From Octopus vulgaris (taxonomy: Eukaryota): a DNA stretch of 64,000 nt. The notes under the pieces were generated by a model. It was not told the origin of the DNA. It was given only the letters and a program-made list of their open reading frames with translations, and did no database searches. The stretch spans positions 434,001 to 498,000 of the forward strand of contig OX597821.1 of assembly GCA_951406725.2 (NCBI GenBank), read 5' to 3'. Positions 26,016-38,693 of this stretch are shown in pieces. Every line of letters starts with the position of its first letter. The first letter of the stretch is position 1. The position numbers and the translations under genes were made by a program.

Positions 26016-26744
26016 GGTGGTGGTGGTGGTGGTGGTGGTGGTGGTAGCAGCAGTTGTGTTGGTTTTGTTATTGGTGGTAGTATTAGTGTTGGGTAGCAGT
26101 GTAATGTAATAATGCAGTTATGGTAGTAGCACTACCACAACACACTTCATAGATAAAAGTTTTGTGTGTGTACATTAGGGTCCCTAATTCAACGAAAGCT
26201 AGGCATATAAAACCTGATTGATATCCTGGTCCAAATTCAAAAGGACCAACCAAACAAAGCATTCTATAACTAACCTAAAGGCCTCACTTTTAAAAACATT
26301 GCAAATTATTATTGTCATCATTATCATTATTATTATTATTATTATCATTATTATTATTATTGTCATCATTATTACTGTCTATTATATGAGCTGTAGAGTT
26401 GGAAGAACTGGTGGAAAGCCATACAAAAACCTTTATCTTTTAGTGTTGTTATTTTTATTATTATTATTTTTGAACGGTCTGTTTTTCCAAACTTGTGTGG
26501 GTTGGACAGATCTACTGTACAATGATGCATTGCCATTCTTATCAAAGAATTTGATCCAGTGTTGTTTTCACAGTCTTTAGAAAATGGTTGGCATCAACAA
26601 ACTGGAGATAAATTGTAGTTTGTTAATATATTCTTAAGAAGAAAAACCAAAATACCTCAAGGGAACAAGATGTTTGTCGTTAGAGACACAGAACTAGTTT
26701 TACTTTAATTAACTTAACCATAATGATAATATCATCATAGATGC

Positions 26745-27482
26745 AGTATGGCTAAATGGTTAAATAGGTTGCTATGCAATCAGGGGATCATGAGTTCAAT
26801 CTCATTCCATGGCATCTTGAGCAAGTGTCTTTTACTATAGCCTTGAATTAACTCAAGCATGGTGAGTGAAATTCTGTGGATGGAAACTGCAGTGCAGAAG
26901 GATTGTCACTCTCATTCCTCATTCAAAACTCCAGCCTTGTCGTACACTCTGTCCTGCTGATTCTTCCTAAGGATTATGTTAAGGATATACAGGTCTATGG
27001 AATACTCAACCACTTATATGCTAATTCAATGAACAGGTAGTTCAGTTGATTGAATAACTGATGATTTATAGCCAGAAATGGCATTCCATCGGTTAACCCT
27101 TTTGTTACCAACCTGGCTGAAACTGGCTCTGACTCTGAGTGCAAATGTTTTGTTTTCATAAGTTTTGAATGAAATCTTCCACCAAACCTGAGTCACAATT
27201 TATGTTCCTATGTTCCTAACTCTAGCTGAATGATAACTAAGTTTTTTTACTAAATTCTTTGTTATATTTAATATAATTGATAGAAACACAGAACATCTCA
27301 AAATAAATACAGTAATGAAAGGGTTAAGAGAATGAGTGTTCAGTTGATCCTGCATATAGATACGTGTCTACTTGTGAAATTAATGTGCAAGTGACTAAGT
27401 ACTCAACAGACATGCATACTCTTAATGTAGTCCTCAGGGAGGTTCAGCATGACATAGAGTGTGATAAAACTGGCCCATTGAA
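26745..27482. mobile_element. Two oppositely oriented SINE copies (26745-27065 +, 27340-27482 -) flanking a MITE
   Basis: 26940-27030 is homologous to the reverse complement of 27375-27468; tRNA-like head at 26745; related copy at 44870-45150 (-). Confidence 0.6.
27097..27323. mobile_element. piggyBac-like MITE
   Basis: TTAA on both sides (27093-27096, 27324-27327); TIRs CCCTTTTGTTAC / GTAATGAAAGGG. Confidence 0.8.
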
Positions 27483-27499
27483 TTTTAAATGCTGTCTTC

Positions 27500-27910
27500 G
27501 ATGTATGAAAGGCAAAGATGAACTTGGTGAGATTTGAACTTAAAATGCAATAAATCAAAAGAAATACTGCAATGCATCGAGTCTTGAGGTTCTTACATTT
27601 CAGCCAGGTCAGTGAGTCTTAAGGTAGCCATTTCTATATCCACCTCAAAAAAATGAAAGGTAAAATTGACTTCAGTGGCATTTTAACTCACAATGCAAAG
27701 AAGCCTGAAGAATGTTGAAAAGAATCTTGCTTGAAGGTTTTAAATTTCCTTAGTCCATTACCCTAGACTGGTACTTTACCCCTAGAATATCCCAAAATGA
27801 TGAAAAGCAAGGTTGACTTCAGTGGGATATGAACTCAGAAAGCAAAGATCCAGAAGATACATGGAAAAGTATCTTGTCTGACATTCTTGCATTTTTCAAA
27901 GTTTATTGCC
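27500..27910 (-). mobile_element. Three tandem decayed family B SINE 5' halves
   Basis: ATGAAARG.AA.RTTGAC..(G)AACT repeated at about 150-bp spacing. Confidence 0.65.
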
Positions 27911-28320
27911 GTAGACTTGTATCCCAATCTATCTGTCTGTCTGTTTATCTATCTATCTAAAAAAAAAAGGTGGGTGAATGTAGCAAAGATGGTGTGTGTG
28001 AGTGAGGAAACCCCTTTCAGCATGATCCTATAAATCAAAAAAGAGAGAGAGAGAGAGCACTTAGCTCCCATGTGTTTATTCCCTCTCTGCCTGAGGTTAA
28101 CGTGGTTTTTTCCATAGGCTTTTTTTTTTCCCACGGATAAACCTAATCTTACTTTTTACATTTTAAAAATTCTTCTGTGATACACGATCCCTTTTGATTG
28201 GAATTTTACTTTTTTTTTCTTATCCCCCCCCCCCATTTTTTTTCATTTTTGAAAAGAAAAGCTCTACATTTGTATTTGTCCCCTCTGTGTTCAACCCTGT
28301 GTGGCCAATAAAGAAAGTTA

Positions 28321-28359
<39 letters not shown>

Positions 28360-29059
28360 ATCTCTGTGTGTATGTTTGTGTGTATAGCTCAGAATGATGG
28401 AAGGCAAAGTTGATCTCTCAACTAGATTTCAATTCAGAATGCAAAGATCCAAATGAAATCCCCACAAGGCATTTTCTCTGCCACTTTAACAACTCTAGTT
28501 TGCCGCCATAAATATCAATGGTGTCACTTCTTTTTTCTATTGATTCAGCTATTTTCCAACATTAACTGGTTCCGTGATGTGCCAAGTGAAATCAATATCT
28601 ATTTAGATACCAACCATGAGAAATGGGAAAGAATGCATGAATACCACCACATCCCATACACCTTCCTATTCCATTAACATATCAGGATTCAAGCCTACAC
28701 AAGAAACAGTTATTGTTTCACATTGTTATTCTTAACTGCACCTGCACGTAGATACACGGGAAAAGATGACAATGGAGAGAGTGCTGATGGGGGTGGTGAT
28801 GAAGATGGTGATGACGATGACGTTGATGATGATAATGGTGATGATGTTGATTGATTAATTTTTGTTCTATATTAAACACATCCCTCACTCTGCTGATTTT
28901 CCACATTATGTTTAGAGATCATCTATTGACCTTCAAACTAATTCTTCCATTACATCATTCATCCATTCTATGGTTATATAATTGTGGTGTTGCTATTGTT
29001 GTTCTTGTTGCTAGCAGCAGTGGTGGTGGTGGTGGTGGTGGTGTCAGCATTATGTTCTT

Positions 29060-29990
29060 GTTGCTTAGCACCAACCAAGATCCTAATCCAGGAAATCCAT
29101 CAGCAAAAGGTGTTCTGCATGTGACAATACAACAATTCTATTTTCCAGACACCGTCTACCTTAGACTATATTAGCCAATGTGGCTTCTTATATGCAGATT
29201 TTATGATCCTAGGACAATCTTGATCCTGTAGACCCATATTTTCCCTGATGTATTTTAACAAGAACTACATTATCCAAAGTGTTTTCCTTGTGTAGTTTTT
29301 GTTTAACCCTAGGTCAATCCGGATCCAGTTGACTCATTATAAAAAGTGTTCTAGGATTACTTTAGCCAATGTGTCCTGCTTTGGTGTGGTTGTTTAAACC
29401 TTGGTTAGTCCTGATCCAACAAACCTATGACCAAGTGTGTTCTAGCAGTGACCACCCTACATTTTGTACTGGCACAATGTATCTAAGACTACATCAATCC
29501 ATGTGTCTTCCTTTGTGTGGCTGTTTTTTTGAGCCCACATCAATTCTAATCAAACAAACTCATAATGGAAGACATTCTAGCTATGATAATACAATAACTT
29601 TTCTTGCTGCAGTGTATCTAGGAATACATTATCCAATGTGTCCGTCCTTGAGGAGATTTTTTTTTAACCCTCAGTCAATCCAGACCCAGCAAACCTATGA
29701 TCAAATGTGCTCAACCAGTGACCATCTTATCTTTCTTTTGTTTAGACACAGTGTATCTAGGACTATTTTATCCAATGTGTCTATACCTGGTGTAGTTTAA
29801 CCCTAGGTTAGCTCTAATCCAGTAGACCCATGTCTGACTATCCCTACCTATTTTTATTCAGACATGGTGTTTCTCGGAGTACATTATGCAACATGTTTTT
29901 TTCCATTTTCAAGATGGTACAGTTAGACTTTAGGGATATTTTGGCTGTTATATCTAGCAGGAAAAGTGATCATGCTTCTTTGTTGGCAAG
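29060..29990. repeat. About 7 tandem 90-135 bp units of a dispersed repeat also found singly at about 10480-10700 and 19255-19450
   Basis: Units TTTAACCCTAGGTCAATCC..GTATCTAGGACTACATTATCCAATGTG, ending in GATATTTTGGCTGTTATATCTAGCAGG. Confidence 0.75.
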
Positions 29991-30054
29991 TGTTAATTTT
30001 GGCAATAACTATTGTCACAATATCTCAAATTTTTAGATAGATATATAGAAGAAC

Positions 30055-30310
30055 AGCTAGATAGATACTGAGAAGGATAGGCTGGGAGGAAGAAAAGATA
30101 AGATAGAGATGGGACAGATAGATAAGATAGATAGAAGTATAGAGGAGTATGTAGAGGTATATATGAGCAGGGACAGGCAGATAGACAAACAGGGAGATAG
30201 GCAGATAGACAAACGGGAAGATAGGCAGATAGATAAACAGGGAAATGGAGATAGGCAGATAGATGAACAGATAAGAGTATAGAGAGTTAGATTGTGGGAT
30301 AGATAGGTGA
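30055..30310. repeat. GATA-derived ~24-bp minisatellite (GATAGGCAGATAGACAAACAGGGA)
   Basis: Direct periodicity at 30170-30270. Confidence 0.7.
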
Positions 30311-30748
30311 GAAGGTTTGTGTAAACAACTATGCAGGGAAAGAGGAAGAGAGACATAAAGTGCTGTGGTTGATATTGGAATATGATTTTTATAGAAACTT
30401 TAAAGAAAGCAGGAAAATAAATGCAAATAAAAAACATTACTTCACCTCACAACCAAATAATTTTTGACACTTAATGGCAGAGATAAAGAGATAAAAGACT
30501 TTGGCACATGTGCAGCAGAATGCAGCCCTCTGCACAGCTGCGTGTGTGTGTGTACGTGCACACACAGAATATTTCAATATTCTTAAGTGACTTGCTGTTT
30601 ACAAACAGATAAGCTGTACCAATTAGTGGAAATTATACATATATATCCAGACAACAATTAACAATTAATGGTAATTCGCAATTAAACGCTGTTCTATATT
30701 TCAAAAATCTTCTAATCAATCTGTCTATGCATGCGTGTAGTGTGTGTG

Positions 30749-30779
<31 letters not shown>

Positions 30780-31140
30780 GCATATGTATATATGTGGATA
30801 TATGTGCATGTATGTATAAATATATATATAAATATGTATGTGTATATGTATGTTTGTGTGCATCTGTGTGTTTCTTCCTAAATACCTGTTTGCTTGGATG
30901 TCTGAATATTCATACATATTTCACTCTTTCACTGGCATCTGTCATTGGACTGAAGCCAAATTGAGGAGACACCTTCAAGGGTTTTAGACCATCATATCAA
31001 CCCTAGGACTTAATTTAGTCAGTAACTTATATCAATTTCTTTATCTTGCATGGTTGAGTTACTGTCTAGACCCAAAGGGATGCAACTTCATACATCAGTT
31101 TACGTAGACAAACCCATGCACACATAAAAATGTATTCTGT

Positions 31141-31690
31141 TATTCTTTTACTTGTTTCAGTCATTTAACTGTGGCCATGCTGGGGCATTGCCTTTAGTCG
31201 AACAAATTGACCACAGAACTTATTCTTTGTAAGCCTAGTAGTTATTCTGTTCGGCTCTTTTGCTGAACTGCTAAGTCACAGGGATGTAAACACACCAACG
31301 TCAGTTGTCAAAGCGATGGAGGGGGAACAGACACACAAATATATATATACATATAGTTAATCCAAACACGAAAACACAACAAGACGAGGATGTGGAACAA
31401 GTATAGTGTTATTGGATGCTCAGGAAAGAAAAGAAAGAAGGAGGATTTAACGTTTCGAGCGGAGCTCTTCGTCAGAAACATAGGAAAAGGAAAGATCCAA
31501 GGAAGGGAAGACGGAGGAAAAAAAATCACCAACGATACATATGTGGTCACATATGACGGGCTTGTTTCAGTTTCTGTCTACCAAATCCACTCACAATGCT
31601 TTGGTCAGCCTGAGGCTATAGCAGAAGACATTTTGGCCAAGGTTCCATGCAGTAGGACTGAACTTGGAACTATGTGGTTGGGAAGCCACT
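31141..31690 (-). mobile_element. Family A SINE interrupted in its microsatellite by a ~200-bp insert (about 31355-31552)
   Basis: Tail at 31141-31330, head half at 31553-31690. Confidence 0.85.
31446..31478 (-). ncRNA. Minimal type-I hammerhead ribozyme motif (canonical core), Penelope-like
   Basis: Minus strand UUU-CUGACGA-A-GAGC-UCC-GCUC-GAAA-CG-UU-AAA; palindromic helix III AACGUU. Confidence 0.75.
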
Positions 31691-31711
31691 CCTTCACTTC
31701 AACTAAATTCC

Positions 31712-32620
31712 TTTCTTGTAAAATTGACTTTTATTCCATCGAAGTTGATAAAGTGTCAGTCAGTCAGTTAATGCCCCCCCCCCCCCCAGTTTTAGTATGT
31801 TCTAAGATCAAATTCTACTAAGGTTGACTTTGCTTTGCATCCTTTCATGGTAAGTAAAATAAGTACCAGTCGAGTACTGGGGTTGACATAATCGATTAGT
31901 CCCCTACCTCAAACTTTCAAACTTTGCACTTACTGTTGAAAGGATCATTATTGGGTTCAAATGTTGGCACAAGGCCAGAAATTTTGGGGAAGGGGCTAAG
32001 TCAGTTAGATTGGCCCTGGCACTCAACCGGTTCTTATTTTATTGACCCTGAAAGGATAAAAGGTAAAGTTGGCCTTGGTAAAATTTGAACTCAGAACATA
32101 AAGACAGACAAAAATGCTGCTTAATATTTTGCCCAGCATGTTAACAATTTTGCCAGCTCACCACCTTACAAAGAACCATTATTATTATTATTATTAAGAT
32201 AGTTAGCTGGAAGAATCCTTAGCCCATTGGATGAAATGCAAAGGGCGATTTCACCTGTCGCTGCGTTCTGAGTTCAAATTCTGCCAAGGTTGACTTTGCC
32301 TTTCATCCTTTTGGGGTTGATAAAATAAGTAGCAGTGAGATACCATCGATTAGTCTCCTTCCCCACACATTTCAGGCCTTGTGCCTACAGTAGAAAGGAT
32401 TATTATAATTATTGTTAAAATGGCAAGCAAGCAGAATTGCTGGTATGTTGTCTGTCCTTACATTCTGAGTTCAAATTCCACTGATGTTGGTTTTGTCTTT
32501 CATCTTTTCGGGGTTGATATAATAACTACCAGTGAAGCACTGGGGTCGATTTAATTGACTAGTGCCCTCCTTCAAAATTTCAGTCCTCATGCCCGTAATA
32601 AAAAGGATTAGTATTATTAT
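31712..32620. mobile_element. Cluster of five family B SINE copies or fragments, one inverted (about 31956-32170)
   Basis: Repeated core TTTCATCCTTT..GATAAAATAAGTA and (ATT)n linkers. Confidence 0.8.
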
Positions 32621-33465
32621 CACTTAAAAATTACCATTATCATTATTATCATTATTATGCCTGAAGTCCTTATTATCAACATAAATATTATTATGCTTAA
32701 AAAAATCCTCGTAATTTTGTGAGAAATTTTTATTACTAACAATATTATTGTGCTAAAAATCATCATCATCATCACCAACATTGTTGTTATCATTAGTGTT
32801 GAAATCTAATGAGTAGAAATAGTTGTTACCGGTATTATTGTTGTTGTTGTTGTTGTTTTGTGCACTTTACCTAAATCTCATAAATATTGATTATTGTCGG
32901 TTATTTATCCTTGCTTCATTTTGTTCAGTAATGCACAGAGGTTTATGTGAGCTGTTTTATATTCCAGACACACAAGTGTACACACATACACACACACACG
33001 AATACAGAATTGAGCAGATACAGCTATTCAGAAACACTTAGAGTTATACTTACAGACATATATATCTACTGACAAATACATACACACATGAATACAGAGT
33101 TGAACGTATACAGATATATTCAGAAAGATCAAGAGTTGTACACACAGACACATACATACATTCATACATACACACATATATCTGTGCAGTTATATATTTA
33201 CACATATGTATCAATATTTACATTCATACACACACACACATCTACATTTGCTAGGATATAGTTATATTTATATACATACATTTAGACATACATATACACA
33301 CATATATACAAGTATAAATACATTCACACACCCATATATATATATATATGTACACACATACTCATACGTATAGAACTATTGACATATACATAGAAGCATC
33401 ACTGAACTCTAAAAAATATATAAAAAAGAAAAACACCTTGGGCATAGATATACTAACTCAACTCT

Positions 33466-33509
<44 letters not shown>

Positions 33510-33735
33510 TGCCACGACCACCAGCAATAATAATGACCACACTAAGCTTATCTGACATTTTAGCAAACCTTTTGGGTGTCAAAGATTTTCAACAGGTATT
33601 CCATAGAGTATACACATCTCTGAGGATTTAAATATTAGCATTGTATAGTGTGTGTGAGTGTATATATATATATATATATATATATAAGAAATTGGAAAAT
33701 ACGCACCCTTACATAGTTTTAATATAATTTTTAAT

Positions 33736-33770
33736 ATATCGACCGGTTTCGCTATCGCTATTCATGATAT
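33736..33770 (-). ncRNA. Minimal hammerhead-like motif with A3-U8 core swap and GUC cleavage triplet, in a TA-flanked relic (about 33686-33875)
   Basis: Minus strand AUAUC-AUGAAUA-GC-GAUA-GC-GAAA-CCGG-UC-GAUAU; 5-bp stem I, palindromic ACCGGU. Confidence 0.6.
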
Positions 33771-34320
33771 TATGTTTTATTTATTTGAATATATATTTTT
33801 TCTTAAGAAGAAATTTGGTCCATGTTGTGTGTGATGAAATTCACGAGTGAATGACACACACGTAGATAAATAAATATATATATATATAGGATGTGAGTAT
33901 GAGTGTCTACACATCATACTATCATAATTAAAGTCATAGCTTTCTAACACACAGATCTTTTATAGTCAGGAAACGTGTAATTATGCTTCAGCTCCTGCAA
34001 ACACACAGCTCAGAGGCACAACACCTTCCCCAGCTCAGGAGCTGTTTGAAGCACCACAGCCATTTGTGCATCACCCCCTAATATATCTGGCATGCTTAAA
34101 ATCTTAGGTATTGCATCCAGATTCTTTGAAATTGTTCTGGGTGTCCTGGTAACAAAAGAGGTAACTTTGACTGTTGTTTAATGTGTTTCCCATACGTGGC
34201 TTGCTATATCCAGGTATTTGTCTACCTTCACACTCAGTGACATTAATTGTGGCCCATTCATGTATATCTTTGTGCATAATTGTGATATCAGAGCAATGAT
34301 TATTATTTTTGTTGTTGTTG

Positions 34321-34369
<49 letters not shown>

Positions 34370-34372
<3 letters not shown>

Positions 34373-34590
34373 GGCAGAAGCTGGCAGAATCGTTAGCACA
34401 TTGGACAAAATGCTTAGTGGTATTTTGCCTGTCACTAGATTCTGAGTTCAAATGCAACCAAGGTTGACTTTACCTTTCATCCTTTTGGGTTTGATAAATT
34501 AAGTACCAGTGAAATACTAGTCCCCTCCCACCAAATTTTGAGGCCTTGTGCCTTTAGTAGAAAGGATTATCATTATTATTATTATTATTG
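34370..34590 (+). mobile_element. Family B SINE in an (ATT)n tract
   Basis: AAGGCAGAAGCTGGCAGAATCGTTAGC head, core and tail. Confidence 0.85.
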
Positions 34591-34594
34591 AGGA

Positions 34595-35645
34595 CAAATG
34601 GCCTAGAGGTTACGGTGTTACACTCACAATCTACTGATTGTGACTTCAATTCCTAGACCAGGTGATGTGTTGTGTTCTTGAGTAAAACGCTTCATCTTAT
34701 GTTGCTCTGAAAGCACTTTGACACCTGACACATGGTACACAGTGCATCCTGGGCCGATTTAGATCCAAAGAGGCCCTAAGCACTTGAAAAATTTTGGTGC
34801 CTCCATATATATGTAATGGAAAATATAAACAGTAACAAACCATAAAATAAATTCATATTTTTCAAAATGAAATAGAATTAAGACGGAAAATAATACTTAT
34901 TTTTATATACTCTTTTCACTCTTTTACTTGTTTCAGTCATTTACTGTGGCCATGCTGGAGCATTGCCTTTAGTTGAGCAAATCGACTCCAGTACTTATTC
35001 TTTGTAAGCCTAGTACTTATTCTATCGGTCTCTTTTGCCAAACCACAAAGTTACGGGAACGTAAACACACCAGCATTGGTTGTGAAGTGATGTTGGGGGA
35101 CAAACATCGACACACAAACGTACATACACACACACACATACACACATACATATATACAACGGTGTTCTTTCAGTTTCCATCTACCAAATCCACTAACAAG
35201 GCTTTGGTTGGCCCAAGGCTATGTTATAAGACACTTGCCCAAGGTGCCACTTACAACCAAGTTTATATTTCAAAAGTTTTCTCTGACTTTTTTTAATTAC
35301 AAAGTCTTTAATCAGATCCTCACTTTGGTACCATGAACACTTTCAAATTATATTTCCAATCATATAAACCACTTTAAATATTAGTTTAGCAAGTTTAAAG
35401 TGATTTCTTTTGAGCCTCAAAATCATTTACCATTTCTGTAGCGCCCCCGTTTCCCTTGATGCCCTAAGCACATGCTTATTTTGCTTTATGGTTAACCCAG
35501 TACTGAGTGCACCTGTTCAGACAACGTCGCTTTGATGGAGTGAGTGAGCGAATGTGTGGCACGAGCACTTGATCACAATAAACAAATCATTTGTGTAGGT
35601 CGTTCAGCTTCAGCTCATACATTGTCTTTGACAGGCGAGTCCATC
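34595..35645 (+). mobile_element. tRNA-SINE split by a hAT-like MITE
   Basis: Head ATGGCCTAGAGGTTA..TTCAATTCC at 34597; sequence resumes after the duplicated AGTGCAYC. Confidence 0.6.
34749..35505. mobile_element. hAT-like MITE with 8-bp TSD, containing a family A SINE (34910-35250, -)
   Basis: AGTGCATC (34741-34748) and AGTGCACC (35506-35513); imperfect TIRs CTGGGCCGATTTA / TAACCCAGTACTG; subterminal GCCCTAAGCAC at both ends. Confidence 0.6.
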
Positions 35646-36100
35646 ATTATTATGATTATTATTATTTTTATTAAGGATCGTCTGGTGATTTTGACAATAA
35701 TCGAATTCTTTGAGAAACTGAATGACCTATTTGTTAAATTAATGTATAATGGCTGTGTATTCCACAGGCACATAATTCATGAGGTGAATCAGTGACAGAA
35801 TCCTTTGATTTATAGGTGGTGCATATTTTGATGGGAGTGTTGCTGTTGTTGTTGTTGTTGTTGTTGTTGTTGTCATCTTGTGAGTGCATGCATGAGAGAG
35901 AAATAGAGAGGGAGAGAAAAGACAGAGTGAGCAGATGAAGAGGGATGGTGGAAGGGGGAAAGAGAGAGAGCAGTGGTAAATTATTTGTTCTTAAGGTACT
36001 AAACTGCAATTAATTTGATGAGTAATAAAGACTGATGAGCTCAATCTGTCTGAAATGTAAAACTAAATCAGTAAATTTGCAATCGAGAGAGGGAGAGAGG

Positions 36101-36136
<36 letters not shown>

Positions 36137-36176
36137 AGATCACTCTGTTTCAAATATATAGGTATGTGGAGGAGAG

Positions 36177-36211
<35 letters not shown>

Positions 36212-37080
36212 AGTTCAAATTATCTCAAATATGTAGGTCTGAGATAGAAAAAAAATAAGCTCCATCTCAAAATAATAACTAAATTTTGACCAAATTAGTC
36301 ATTAGTAAACGATTACAGTAATTAAACTTGAAGAATGAAATGGTGCATTCTCAATGATTATTATTGTTTATGTACATCCACTGCATGTTTTGTGTTCCAT
36401 GCTTAAACCCTTGTGGCCAATAATGAAATAATGAAGTTTATTATTATTATTATTATGTTATTTATTGTTTCTCATTGTTATTCCTGTATGATTGCTATTT
36501 GTTATTGATGTTGAGTTCACTCTTTTTGTTTTTTACTCCATATAAATCAACTCAGCTGTTTTTGCAATTCATACTTCGATTGTCTCCAATGTCTCGGACC
36601 CTTGTGGCCAATAAAAGATAAAAGAAATTATTATCATTATTGTTATTATTATCGTTGTTGTTATTGTTAATATTGGTGTTGTTGTTGTTGTGGTGGTGGT
36701 TGATGAGAAGTTTTTGTTAATCGTTTACTTCTGTGCCTTGGGTTTAAACAAGCGTTGAACAAATAAATAAAGATAATTTGATTTGGCTGGCTAGCTTAAG
36801 ATTTTCTCCTATCAAAACAGATGATTGCTGTAACAATACATTGTTAAACAAGATTACAAGATCATGAAATAAAAACAAAACACACACATACACACAGAAA
36901 AAAAACAAAATTAAAAAAAAAACAAAAACAAAAATCTAATTTGTGATCTCTGATCCAGACAGCTCAATAGTTTACAAGAAGAAAGACTGTCATGGGTTGG
37001 TTGACTCTCAAGAATATCAACAGCATTTAAATCTCTCTCAAATCAAACACCCCATCAATTTAAAGAAAAAAGAAAATAAC

Positions 37081-37487
37081 AGGCGTGGCTGTGTGGTAAG
37101 AAGCTTGCTTTCCAACTACATCGTCCCGGGTTCAGTCCCACTGTATAGCATCTTGGGCATGTCTTCTACTATAGCCTTGGGCCAACCAAAGCCTTGTGAG
37201 TGGATTTGGTAGATAGAAATTGAGAGAAGCCCATCATGTATGTATGTATGTATGTCCATATATAGTAAATCCCAAAAAGAACAAACACAAAAACACAATA
37301 AAGTGAGGACATGGTACATGTAATGTATTAGGAGATATTCAGGAAGGAAAGAAAGATGGTTTAATGTTTCAAGCAGACGCTCTTCTTCAGAAACCGAGGT
37401 AAGTCCAATAGAAGGGAAGATGGAGGAAGAAAATTGCCAATGATTCACATGTGGTTACATTTTGGATATATATATATACACACACGC

Positions 37488-37523
<36 letters not shown>

Positions 37524-37775
37524 TTTGAATATATATATAAATATGTGTGTATATGTGTATGTGTCTTTGTCTCTGCATTTGTACCCTTGCCATTGTTTGA
37601 CAACTGATGTTGGTGCGTTTACATCCCTGTAACTTAGCATTTCGGCAAAAGAAACTGATAGAATAAGTACCTGGCTTACAAAGAATAAATCCTGGAGATG
37701 AGTTCTTCAACTAAAACCCTTTAAGGTGGTGCTCCAGCATGGCCACAGTCAAACAAGTAAAAGAGAATAAAGACT
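37081..37775 (+). mobile_element. Family A SINE interrupted by a ~200-bp insert (about 37262-37465) homologous to 31355-31552
   Basis: Head at 37081, tail at 37560-37775; insert shares AAAACACAA..GAGGA..GAAGGGAAGAYGGAGGAA..TGTGGTYACAT. Confidence 0.85.
37360..37393 (-). ncRNA. Minimal hammerhead motif, homologue of 31446-31478 with CpG decay
   Basis: Minus strand UUU-CUGAAGA-A-GAGC-GUCU-GCUU-GAAA-CA-UU-AAA. Confidence 0.65.
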
Positions 37776-38481
37776 AAAAGAAAGGGCACACAATAGCTGA
37801 TATTATTCTGACTATCCTCTAGAAAAAAAAATTAGTGGATTGGTCATGGTTGGAATACTACTAAATCACAGATGTACTTGGGCAACTCTAACAATTCTGC
37901 CAGTCCATCATCCTGGGTGGGCATTTATTTATTGTCTTTGAAACTAGGATAAAAAAAAATGTTGACCTTAAATACAGGCATGGCTGTGTGGTTAAGAAGC
38001 TCGCTTTGTAACCACTAGTGGGGGGGGGGGTCAATTTGACTAAAACTCTTCAAGGTGGTACTCCAGCATGACCACAGTCCAACGACTGAAACAAGTAAAA
38101 GATGAAAAAAAAATAAAGTATTATTGGGACTTGAACCCTGAACACAGAGTACTGGAGAAATAAACAGTACAAAGCATTTTATAAAGTGCACTTATGACTA
38201 AGCCAATTCACTCCCTATCATATATATACCTAAATTTAGTTGAAAAGATACTAGATTGGGGGGCACCGGGGTGAAAGCTATACACAAAATTTGTATCAAA
38301 ATAGAACTAAATCTGTCAAAATTTTATGAAGTGGCAAAAGAAAAAGAAAAAAAATTTGATTATTTAGTTATTTATATAATTTATTATTTCCTGATCTTTT
38401 GACTTGCACAATTAATTAAACAATAATTTGTACAATTTACATAATAAAGATGTTTAATTATATATATACATACACACACAC

Positions 38482-38527
<46 letters not shown>

Positions 38528-38623
38528 CATATATATTTATACATATATATATATACACATAGCATACGTCATATATATATACACATAAACACATGACATA
38601 TATGAAATTTATATATATATAAA

Positions 38624-38673
38624 GGCGGTGCTCCAGCATGGCCGCAGTCAAATGACTGAAACAAGTAAAAGAG
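38624..38673 (+). mobile_element. Isolated family A SINE/LINE 3' tail in a TA tract
   Basis: GGCGGTGCTCCAGCATGGCCGCAGTCAAATGACTGAAACAAGTAAAAGAG. Confidence 0.75.
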
Positions 38674-38693
38674 TATATATAGATAGATAGATA

